64,000 bases of DNA, taken from assembly GCF_031769215.1 (NCBI RefSeq), contig NW_026782116.1, positions 1,488,001-1,552,000 on the forward strand. The letters are read 5' to 3'. The position numbers and the translations under genes were made by a program. Of this stretch, positions 1-11,835 are shown in pieces. The stretch is from Ylistrum balloti. Taxonomy: Eukaryota. Under the pieces are notes generated by a model, which was given only the letters and a program-made list of their open reading frames with translations, searched no databases and was not told the origin of the DNA. The number at the start of each line of letters is the position of its first letter. The stretch's first letter is position 1.

Positions 1-189
1 TTTTTTTTTTTTTAATGTGAAATTGACAGTTAGAAATGGCTACAAAATGTAAAAAACGAGGAATTAATTGAACCGAAAGGGAGAAAATTGTACTTATTGA
101 AGGAGTTAGGTCAATGCTGTAATTATCTTGACTGCACAGCTTGGATCAACTCGCCGCTGTCGCAAACGACCGACTAACCTGTGCAAATT

Positions 190-453
190 AGCCATCTTTG
201 AGAATGTTCTGAAATAGTTAAGCATGCTCATGACCGTTTTCAAATTTTGGGTCAATTCTCAACTTAGAATTAAAAATGGGGCACTTGAGAATCTTTGAGA
301 TACACATACTTTGAGAATATACTTAAAGTTAAGCACATTCTCAAAATTAAGAACTGAGAATGGTTTAAGAATCTTCGAGATACGCTTTCTTGAGAATATG
401 ATCAAAGTTAAGCGCTGAGAACGGATTTAAGAAGTTTCGAGATTCTGGGTCCT
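190..453. mobile_element. Possible end of a MITE-like non-autonomous DNA element with subterminal TTGAGAAT/TTAAG repeats
   Basis: Repeated motifs (ctttgagaat, aaagttaagc, tttaagaa.ttcgaga) end at gagattctgggtcc. This resembles the termini of PIF/Harbinger-type MITEs. The matching end was not found. Confidence 0.3.
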
Positions 454-1528
454 GGTACTTTTTCGGGAGTCTCCTTTTAAAATCTTTTCTTCCATATTGT
501 GCCCTAGTTTGATTTCATGTAAGTTTAAATAATGTTGACATGTTGATATTTTCTTGAATTTTATGGTTCAAATGTCTTAACCTCAGGTTTGACATATGGA
601 CTATAAATGATTGCAATCTATTGACAGTCTGTGCTTTCTTTATTACAAAGAATAGTATTTTTTTCGAAACTGACAAGTCAACGTTATCAAAATTATGTAC
701 AATATTTTCATGACTATTATGAAGTGTGTATACATGGTATATTTTTGGTCTGTTGCGGAAAGTCTGTTGTGAGAATATTTCTTGAATGTTACGAAACGAA
801 ATGTAACTTTGTAAAATCATCAATTTAAAATCACTTGCAAGGTCGAATTATACATGTGTGCTCTGATTTGAGATTTATCGGCGAAATTTTCTCTCCTAGC
901 ATCTGAGTAGCCTAGTCAATAGATTTATGTTAATGTACGTTTCAATATGATAACGAATAGTATTATCAACCTAAGAAGTAAATCGCAAAAGGACGCTCAG
1001 ATTAATATTTACAATTTCGATGACGCATGTTTACCAAGCAACTACCTCAACATTCCTTCAGAAAATATGATCAACAACATTGATTTCTAAACCGATAGGA
1101 GCTGATATGAAATTTAATATTTCCCCTTTGCTCTGTCCACATTTTAAACCCTGGCTTATATCCAAATTACATTTCTCTTGATCCTGAGATGATAGATTTA
1201 CCTCATGTTTTAATGGAGCCTACCTACCAGTTATCATGCTCCTATTATTCTCTGAAAGCTACACAAAACACAGTTTACACCTGAGTATACATGTCTCATC
1301 CGAGCTAGGCAGTCAGACATGCGACATGTCAACGACTTGTTAGAGAGTTTAAGCATTGTAACAGATGGAAATTCGCGACGTGGAGGCATAGTTAATACTA
1401 ATTATACCACTCTCCGGATATCTGAATAAAGTCTATGAATTCCATAAGTTGTACAAATGAAATAAAGTGAATAACACATGTTAATAAAATTAACAGTGAG
1501 ATATAGTAGAGCCAAACAATGAAATGAA

Positions 1529-1580
1529 TTAAACTGCATCATACAGCAGTTTCGTTTTCCAGGACTCGTCAGTGATACAT
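1529..1580 (+). repeat. Short copy of dispersed repeat family A
   Basis: ttaaactgcatcatacagcagtttcg...gactcgtcagtga matches 6971-7020 and the 45-bp array unit at 33481. Confidence 0.7.
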
Positions 1581-2354
1581 GAATACCGTCTCATAACATG
1601 AGGCAGCGATTTGCTGTGCATTCAGATGAATGTTTTGATATAATTGAGTTAACAAAGTTTACGCCTGTAGAGAAACTTCATATGTTTGTCCGATACCTGA
1701 TATCATAGCTTTAACGTGTATTATGTATAAAGTCCATCAACAGGGTATGTATAGTTTAATGGTTTAGAATTAGACAAGATGCAGTTTGTAATGAAACCTT
1801 CCGTCTGTTCCTATTTTTGACCTTGAATAAAGTGTAAACAAGATACCAGGTCAGCAGGATTAATTTTATCTGGTAAGTACAGCAGACAATTTTATCATTG
1901 ATATATATCTATAAAAAGATAGTCAAATACAGGTGTCGTGTTAATACATTGTACTCTATGACAATAAGGTAAAACACATCCAGCTGTAAATAAACAAAGA
2001 ACATTAAGTCTTACCTTTGATTGTGCGATATTGTCTGTTATGGAAGCTGTATAAAATTAAGTATGGATATAAGTGACCCCAGTTAGTAAAAATAATGCAA
2101 ATAATTCTGGTAACCATGAATGACTTTTTTTAATATCAATAAGCTGCTCAGAAATCGTCAGTTGACAGCGGTGTTTTGGTGCACGCAAACTTGCTTATCG
2201 TTAATCATAGAATACATTGATGTATAGGTACTTTTGGAATATGCCTTCAGATGTCAATAAACCAAACAGGAATCCTATGTTGTTCCATGAATATCAATGT
2301 TTGATCAACTTTTGTGCTTGATCAACTTTTACTTGATGAAAATCACGGGGAAAG

Positions 2355-2545
2355 ATACGGCCGTCATTGTGATCATGTTAGTTAAGAAATATTTTATTCG
2401 ATATGAAACTGGATGTTCGATGTTCGTTAGTTTGCCTGTTGGTTCCTTTGTTGTATACCTGGTTCTGAGAACGTGACATTACTTACTTGTATTGACCAAG
2501 ATTTACATGGCAGGTATATACAAGTTCGTTCACCTGATATATAGC
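2355..2545 (+). mobile_element. Solo 3'/terminal fragment of a Penelope-like element
   Basis: Aligns by eye with 14845-15040 (gaaatatttt..., tgaaactgga, tttgcctgttggttc, gagaa.gtgacat, cacctgat), which directly follows an RT fragment. Confidence 0.5.
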
Positions 2546-5500
2546 ACAATTATTCCACAAAAGTATAGTTTTAAAACCATGCATTACAATTTCATATCGA
2601 ATCACTGTTACAAAGCAAATAAGAATTATGTTAAGGCATACAGATGGTTGAGTATAATAATTAATATAAAAACACCAAATATTTAATTCAAATATCTAAT
2701 ATATTCAGCTTGCTATACTGTAAGTGATATCCGACATCACAAGACGCATGTTGTCGGAGTAATGATTATATAGGACAGAGTAGTAAAGACCACTGAAAAA
2801 AATGCAATTTTTTCCCAAATAAATTTATAAATATAACTATATCGTTATGTGTATAAATAAGTTTCGTCGTCTGTTGGCTACCGGCAAGTAAGTGGTCATA
2901 TATAAACATAAAAAACAGCATTGCGATAAGATCAGGAACATTTCCACAAACTTATCAGTAACGATATGAGAATAAATCCAGAGACATTGTGAAATTCTTC
3001 AATATTCATAATTATTACTTTCTATTTATTTTAACGAACTTTTTAAAGTTACAGTTCTTGGATAGCTTTGACTCGAATATCCTCTTATTCGTACTCATAA
3101 ATATCAAAGTGTAAATTATTATCGATAATTCAAGCAAATGCATTATATTGTAAAAGATAATTTCCCAGTAGGTTTGTTAACACCAATCGTTAAGTCAACA
3201 ATGCCAAACAAGATCATTTAGTCTACAGTAATGTAGTATCATTCAATCTTTGTCATCAAAACAGATCATATGCAATTTAAAATGTGCTAGCTGATTCACG
3301 CCTGGCTGGTCTTTAAACTGATCAGTAAACATTGTCAGCTTTATGCTACACCTACAGGGAAACATTCTTGGTATTCAAAGTATGGTATTCTTGTTATACT
3401 CGAAATGAAAGATTTAATAACAAATAAATACTATGATTTTGTGATCTTCAATAACACAGCTTAAACAACATAATGTCGAGAACTCCTTCAGTCTTTGTTG
3501 TACCTTTAGTTATGATCACCGTGCTCTCTGCAGTGTAGTTTGGTGATAATGAAACCGCACGCTACCCATTTGCTTGGCGCTCTGTCTCGGTACGGTAAAC
3601 TTAACCATATGAAAAAACATGGAGGGAACATGTAATAAATCATATAGATGTAACAGTGTTCTGGTTATGTAAGGTATAATCGATTTCACATAAGCACTTA
3701 TGTGAACCTTGAAATAGTGATCGTCCCTTTGGCTGATAATTTTGTTTATAACGTTACCATCACTAGTCTGAAATTTCTCATATGTATGTCTATTGTTTAA
3801 CCACAGTAGAAAACCCTGCTTGACACAGTTTATACATCAACAAACAATGCTGTACAATCATTATAAAATAATCAATACAGTCTGTTAGGCTGAAAGGAAA
3901 ATACAGCTGCCGTATGTTCCTATTCTCGGAACTGATAGGTTTCTGGAAATCCATGTTCTGTTTATAGCTATTGCGTTTCATTTAAAATAGACTGAAACAG
4001 ACGGCGGTTGGAAACAGTCACGTAAGTAGAAACTTGTTTGTATTGTGAATAATTTTGATTGTTAACATTAATGTTTACTGATACATAGATATACAAGTTG
4101 GACACACTTCAATTAATTAGATTTATTTGCTGACGCTACCTCGCATGCGATGCAAACATTGTATTAACTGGTACCATCACAATGGCCTCATTCGTGTTGT
4201 ATCATAAATCTGGATTGGTCTGTTGCAGGTAAATATTGAAGAAATTAAAAGTAACCAGACTGATAAGGTTTTAACATTAGAACACAAGACATGGAATATA
4301 TGTCAGACCATTGTAACCATACCAAAATAATCAGTCTAGCCGAACAAAGAAAACATCAAGCATTATTCAATAGTCATACACCTAGGACATGTTCGCACTT
4401 GTATGAAATAGTATTCAATTGGTTCCTTCAGATATTGTACATACATACCACTAAGCTTTGCTGAAACGTAAGTGTGTAAAGTATACAATGCGATACAATG
4501 TGGACATGTAACACAATCCTAAGTCGCTCAATACTGGCGAAAGTAATTTTATTTCACGCTTGATGAAGTAGGTCGGATTCATGTTGCGTGCTTATACATG
4601 AACATTTCGTTATACAAACATCTGTAACTAGAAATATTATATCTGTGGATATATGTTGTTGTTTTTTTTCAAATTTGTAACAAACTGATTATGTGTGAAT
4701 CAAAAGAAATAAAAAATATGCATAAAAACAAAAACAAAAAAAAAACAAAAAACAAACAAAAAAACAAACAATAAAATTTCGGCTGTAACAGGGTGTTTTT
4801 CGTATTTAAACGAACTTGCTAACATCAGAAATAAACGTTTTTAAATACCTAATTATACACATTTTGTATTTGATAAAAAATGGATACATACCATTGCATA
4901 ATTCATTGGGTTTTGAATCTGCGATTATATTTTTATCTTGGTCATGATGATTATTATCATGTATTTTAGCATTTTTCTTTTCATTGGCTTGAAATTTAAG
5001 TTTACATCATAAATATATTCTATTTCATGTGACTGATGCTAATCTAAGTGCAAAATGGTCAATTTATAAGCATTTTATCATATTTATCTACAAGTTTTGA
5101 ACGTAAAATTGGTATAACAATGTGACAATTAATCATATAACAAATGAATATTCAAAAAATACTGACAAGATAGAGTGAACCTATTGATCTATAGACATAC
5201 GATTGATTTGTATAAAGCTGCTACAGCATGATTTATGAAATTCGATCTATTTGTATCTCTAGTAGTAATAACATTATGTAAACAAGTGGTATAGTGTTTC
5301 TATGGAACGTTGTAATAGTAGTTAAATTTTCTTTCTTTTTTATGCTGGAGAAAAATGTGACAAAAAATGTTTTGACATCATCATGATTTAATCAAAGTTA
5401 CATCAACTATTGCTAAAATCGTCAGGGAAAGTTTTGGGATTTTTTTTTTTGTAGTAGTAGTAGTAGTGCTGATGGTCGTAGGCGTCTTGTTCACCACAAA

Positions 5501-6019
5501 ATACACTTGTAAGTAGTGACATATATGTGTTCTCTGCAAATTGTAGTACTTCTATAACTTTTTGAATGAAGAGCTTAGATGCGACTATGAATTTTCTTGT
5601 GCACTCCTTTTGTGGAATATTAAAAGTGACCCTAACCCAGATTGCACGAAACAATATCGCTAACAACAGAATTTCGACATATGTTGTAATGACGTCCAAG
5701 AAATAACCTGAGAAAAATATTAAAAGGGTATTGTGACATCTCACAATGATATGTAGATTGGCACAAGAAATGCAGCATTTTGAAAGCTCTGGAATCAAAA
5801 GTAGTGTATTAGTTACATTATAAATCACATCCTGTGATATCAAATATCCAATCACCTTTGTTTACTAAATACTTCAATAGGTACTGCCTCTATTTTCGCA
5901 ATCATGATTTGTATTACGTTTTGTCCATGGAGTGAGTGAACGTTATTGTATGTGACCTACACGAAATGAAACGTGTACTTGCAGTAATTTCCATTTTCTT
6001 TCTGAATGAAAGACATAGG

Positions 6020-9000
6020 ATGGCAGCAAAAGAATGTGGCGAAGTTTTCATTTCCTATAGCAGCGTTGATATCACCCTGGTAAAGAACATACAAGACTGC
6101 TTAAAGAAAAATGGTAAGTTAATTAGTTATATTATTGTTGAAATATGCTTTGCTTAGTTAAAACACGAAGAAAAAAATTCCAACTGCCGAAATACAAACG
6201 GTGCTTTTATTTACTGCTCCGTGTAGCTAACTCCTTTATGAATAATTCATAAGTAACGTTAAATATTCCATTGAATAAATATTCTGGTGTCGGTTGGTGA
6301 CGAATATGAGACCTAAAGAGGCTATATGTTTGTTTATCACTCAGACTATGTAGACAAGAATCGCTTTGTGTTGCAAAATTAAATATATATATACATCTAA
6401 AGACGATTTCATAGACATATACACTCATTCACAATGTAACATTATCTTTTGACATATTGTAAATAGCTGATGATGATATAGTTTGGATGTGTGTGTGGGG
6501 GGGGGATAATAAAAAAAAATAAAGATTTTATTTTTAGAGCTTGTGACATTAATTAAACAAATGAATACGATATCACTATTGAGAAAGACCAAAAGATCTA
6601 CTCCTTGAGTAAGTAATATGAACAGTACCACGTTGATATCAATATGAGTTATCTTGTTTCCAGAAATCGATTGCGTTGTTGCCGATGATGTGAAAGCAGG
6701 AACTCACACACTAGATGTAATTGTACACTCCCTTTCAAGGAGTAAGGCATGTGTGTTTCTAGTGACCCCGGCTGCTTTGGAAAGTTCCTGGTTTGCTTTT
6801 GAAACTATCCTTACCTTAGAGAGATCGCACCAACGCGGTCAGCTGAATAGTGTGATCCTACTGCATAACGTAACTGAAGATGAGGTAACTTTTCCATAAA
6901 GTTGTATAAAAGATATACTAACGAATAACACATTTTAATACAAATTTAGAGTTAAGTGCCAAACAGAGTATTAAACTGCATCATACCATTGTTTTGCTCT
7001 TTTGAACTCGTCAGTGACGCTAAGCACATAAATTTTGAAGCCGACTGAACAAAACTCCAAAGAGATCGAAAGTAAAATCAAAATCAGGATTGGAAGATGC
7101 ACTAGCCATATAATTCACTACATTTCGTGTTTCATTTCTTTGATGTTTATAGGACAACGCCAAGTACACATGTATGTTCTGAACCGTGACATTATTCGAA
7201 TGAATTGAAACGTGACATGCAGGTTATATCAAACATCGGGGACTAAAAGTCTATGTTTACATTTATATGATCTTCTCACAGACAAATTTGTATTAAAAAT
7301 GAATTTCGTTTTTTAAATATCATTGAAAAGACAAAGAGAAAATATAAAGGCAAACCAGTAAGAAAACAGAAACAGAAAATTTTAAATCAGAATTTCTTAC
7401 TTTGAGATGTCCGAGCAGTGTATTTTTAAATAAATTTTGCTTTCAGCTTCCAAAGTTTGCCCTGTTTGACATGATTGATAAATATGAACTGGACCTGGAC
7501 GAGTTTGGACACTGGAATAATCAACAGATTAAACAGGTCATAAAGACAATCCAAGGTATCGAAGCTATTTAACTGCACGCTCGTGGCTGTAATTTTAATT
7601 CTGAACGTCGGCGTTATCTTGCATTTAATGTATTCAATTTTCTTGCTAAAACAACAACTTGAGTAGATTTCCATTTCCACGTTGTCAATATAAAATAGAA
7701 GAAATATACAGTGTCCTATTGTATAAAACAGTTTTTAACACTGCAATTGCAAATATAAGAAGTGCTTTTCAATTTCGAAAGATATTGTGAAGCATATTGT
7801 GGTGGCAATATGTATTCTTATAAATTCCAGAAGGGAAAAACATCGAATCTGAGTTACCGGTAGGGAATGTCGCCCATGCACAGGCCTGGTCTCATTATTT
7901 TGGATACCACCATATGATCCATCCACGTAGGTATTTTAATTGAATGACGTATTTATCATTTTATCGTTGCTAAAAACTCCGGAACATATACACTGTTTTA
8001 ATACGGCTGTCTCTAATAGAAAAACAAGTCTAGTTTATCAGGTTCCATTTCTTCTTTCAATAGCTGATTGAAAAGTAACAACCACAGCATACGTTGTTTC
8101 GTGTAGCTGAGGAATTGATAAGGTATAGATTGGAATCTTAATATAAGATCATAAAATTAACAAAATGTAAGAAATTTTAATTTTTAAAATATGCCATGGT
8201 TCTTTCAAGACATTTTGAATGTGTTTCTGTTGCGTTATGCGTTATATTTTATTGGTTTATAAGTCAGGCATGATTTCCCTTTTAAATTGTACGTCAAAAT
8301 GATTTGGTAGACATCTTTATAAATGATCGACGGATTGTAAGATAGAATTGATATGATACCTTTTTAACATTAATCTGATTCCCCTCCATTGGCATTTGAC
8401 ACCTCAGCTCAAATGGCTTTAACCAAATATTGCTTAACTGGTTACAATTTATAATTAACCAACCTTCTTTTACCACAAAAGCCATATGAGAAACTGAAAT
8501 TCAACGTTCGGACTTATACTATAGATCTTGCAGAGAAGATAAGAAGCTGTCCTTGGTATAGTAAAAACATGCCGATCGCAGTGTACGAACTGGTTCCCAA
8601 AGATTCCAATATACCGACATTCATAGAAGGACCGAACATAAAAAATATGGGATCACTTGGCGAAATCAAAGCGGAAGTAGCTGGCAACAAAAGAATATTC
8701 AGACTGAATGTGTACTGTATTGAAGATGGAGAAGAGGTACGAATAATACTTTAGGATTGGTAAATCTTAAAAAACTTTTCTGTGCAATACAAGTTCAGTT
8801 TGAATTGTCATGGTCTTGACTTAACTCTTTTGCTGTCGAGAGAACTACCTGCTAAGTTTTCATATATTCTTATTTTAGAATATGAGTTTGAACCTTTTTA
8901 AGTGAATAGCAGTCGTTGGATATAGCCACTTTTAAAAGCAGCATTTTCTTAAAACATTTTACCTTTTTTTTAAATTTTGTTCTTTTTATGTATTTAATTT

Positions 9001-9398
9001 TGAAAGAAATACTACTGCGTTGCACAGTATCCTAGTGTACTGGGTGCAATTTACAAGATGACCAAGTCTCCCATGATCGACCTGGACGAGCCGCACACAA
9101 TTCTGCAGGTTGCTCGATTTTACTATACTCTACAGTCCATACTCCAACACTCAAACGTTGAGGGATGCCGAAACCAGGCTAAACTCCTGTGGCTTGACGG
9201 TAATATATCAAGGAGATAAAGTAGCTTGTAGTAATGAAAATGAGCAGTGGAGAAAAAAGTTCACATTGTATCTGTTTTATATTATATAAGAATAAGATCA
9301 CATTTTAATTATTTAATTTTTTTGTTATTTCATCCATGCTTTCAGGCTCTGAAGCAGCAACGAGTGTACTGTTAAAGGCAGTTAAGAGAGATGTTAAG
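6020..9398 (+). CDS. STING1: TIR-STING unit 1: N-terminal TIR domain plus STING cyclic-dinucleotide-binding domain, no transmembrane region
   Basis: Phase-consistent exons: 6020-6113, 6664-6884, 7447-7555, 7831-7926, 8525 (or 8534)-8736, 9007-9199, 9346-9398. TIR motifs: EVFISYS, SKACVFLVTPAALESSWFAFET. STING motifs: LPVGNVAHAQAWSHYFGYHHMIHP (human STING [20 protein letters not shown]), YELVP, AGNKRIFRLNVY, YCVAQYPSV, QVARFYYTLQSIL. The last exon ends at a GT donor with no stop codon. Confidence 0.9.
6971..7250 (+). repeat. Dispersed repeat family A copy in STING intron 2
   Basis: Matches 33473-34030 at several anchors: ttaaactgcatcatac, actcgtcagtgacgctaag, aaattttgaa.cc, aacgc.aagtacacatgtat, ggactaaaagtc. 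Confidence 0.65.
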
Positions 9399-10880
9399 GT
9401 TTGCCCTATAATCTTTCTGATATTTTTGCTTAAAATTTATTTAGTTTTATCTTGCACTTCATCGCTTAAACGTAATATATTTCTGTGATAACACTGAGTG
9501 AGTTTTATCATGCACCCATGTAACTTACCCATCTTTTAGCACTGATACGGTTTAATTTCACAAATTACGTTTCGTTTGTTTTAATCTATTGCTCTATTTT
9601 TTATCATCTATACCCAAGTGTCGCCAACCTAAGTTTGTTTCCTCATATACTCTTTTAATGTATCATTTCAACTTTTATTGTACGATTTTACGTAACGAAA
9701 TGTGTACAAGCGAATTTTCAACCAATAAAAGGACTCCGAAAAATACGAACAATTTAACTCAGCTTGTATATCTTTGTTTTATTTATGCTACTGAGTTTGT
9801 AAAATTAGTTCAAAAAGAACAAATAGACAAGAAAACAGCTTTTCCAAGTCATTTGGATGAAGGTTTGTTCTAAAAGGTTTCAATGGACAAGTGTATCAAG
9901 TTAATCATATTCCTAACTCTCTTTTTGGCAGTATGAACAATGGAGAAGGCATTCAATTTTGTATCCCATTCCATTTGAGCAGGTCATTTTCAGTAGCAAA
10001 TATAATGATTCATTTTTCGCATAAGCTTCAACATTAACCAGTGGGACACTAACTTAATAGGTCACGCTTCCTTCATCTTAAATTTTTGTTATTTTAGCTT
10101 ATTAAAATATAAACTGCATTGATTGTTGGAGAAATTAACTAGCATAGAAAAATATAATTGGTTCTAACATAATGATTATTCAATTCAATAATATAAATAT
10201 CTATTTTAAATCGTAATTTCTATGATGTTATTTCAGTTGCTGAATATATAATCTCCAAGAAGACATTATACTTAGATAACTCCTCTCAAACCATGATAGC
10301 TGATATTGTTCGAGATGTTGAATCATCATGAGTAGTAAAAACTGTAACTTAGTTGTATTCGATTGTCTATGCTAAACTGCATATCCGTTTTGCAACCTAC
10401 TGTAGCTCTAGCATTATCATTACAAATGACACCTTACAAAATATATCAAACAACTGAACAACACACAAATATACCAAAACCAGACTATGCACGGGTGTTG
10501 TCACACAACGTGACGTCATCAGAATAATGACATTGCAACAATATATCTTTTTATGAATACACTAATGCGACATGGATTTTGGGAGTAGCATTAACTCCAA
10601 TACGTAGTTACTTTTGCACAATGGAGTATATAAAAAACACTGAAGATTTCCAAAATTACGGAGGTAAATTTTCCCCGGAATGTGTTATAAAACTATATAT
10701 ATGCTCGTTGTATACTATAATTTATTTTTCGTTTCCAAACGAATTCACGGGAACGCTGTAACTTTTGCTGTAAATCATCCATATGTCAGTTATGTTATAG
10801 ATTACATAAAAACATTTTCATCAAATTCAAGATGAATAAAAGAATAAAGTAAACATATAGATTGAAACATATTGATTAGA

Positions 10881-11110
10881 AAGTCCTGTTTGCCTTCGTG
10901 CAGTAAAAAGAATTCCTGTTTGGCTTCATATTTGAACAAGAAGCCATGTTTGGCTTCAGGCATGAACAAGAAGTCCTGCTTGGCTTCAGACATTAACAAG
11001 AAACTCTGTTTGGATCCATGCTTTGATAAGAAGTCATGTTGGCTTCATAAATTAAAAAAAACACTGTTTGGTTTCATACATTAAGAAAAAGATATGTCTG
11101 GCGTTATACA
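10881..11110. repeat. Degenerate 30-bp minisatellite, about 8 copies
   Basis: aagtcctgtttggcttc variants recur at 10881, 10911, 10941, 10971, 11001 and 11031. Confidence 0.85.
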
Positions 11111-11835
11111 TTAAAGAGGTAAAAACTCTATGGATGCAATATGTCATTGAGCACGGAATATAAATTCACCTAAATTAGAATCAATAACTTGCACAAATAA
11201 GAAATATTGAAAAAAATAAAGGAATTCAAAGTCATTTTAATGAAATGTTTACGTTATAGTTTATTTCCCATGGATCATTTGTTCAAAAGTTTTGCTGTTG
11301 CAAATAAGAAATTCTGATTAACAGATTTTCTACAAAATGACTCGCTTTCATTGTTTATTATACTACTTAGAACTATGTTTTGAGTGTTATTCACGGTGTC
11401 TTCAACACTGAAATAATAATGGTGGGTCTGATAAATATCTACAAATATCATTTGCGAGTGATGAACGAATAGATTATTGTTTTTGCCATCATATGTTGAT
11501 TTCTTTGCATCAACTCGTTTAGAGATAAACTATAATTATATATATGAAAACATTAGTTAAGTCATTTGATTCGATTGTTATATTGTTCTTTCAAAATAGA
11601 GGTGATATGATATGGTGTAACCCTTCATCTCCTGTTAAATTTTATATATGCTATGGATGTCAATAATGAAACACCATCAAATGTAGCGGTTGTCTAAATG
11701 AACATGTTGTACGGAGTGAAAGCAAGTCTCCGACTTTAAGATTAAGCTGTTCCTTTATATAATGTGCTTTTAATGAGTAATTAGATTTATTATCCAACTA
11801 TGTATATAACATATTCTACTGTATGCCATTTTCAG

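Noticed and set aside
3480-4480. Short exon-like segments upstream of STING (donors near 3593, 4021, 4228, 4466)
   Set aside because: No consistent coding frame. They may be UTR exons, but this cannot be supported from sequence alone.
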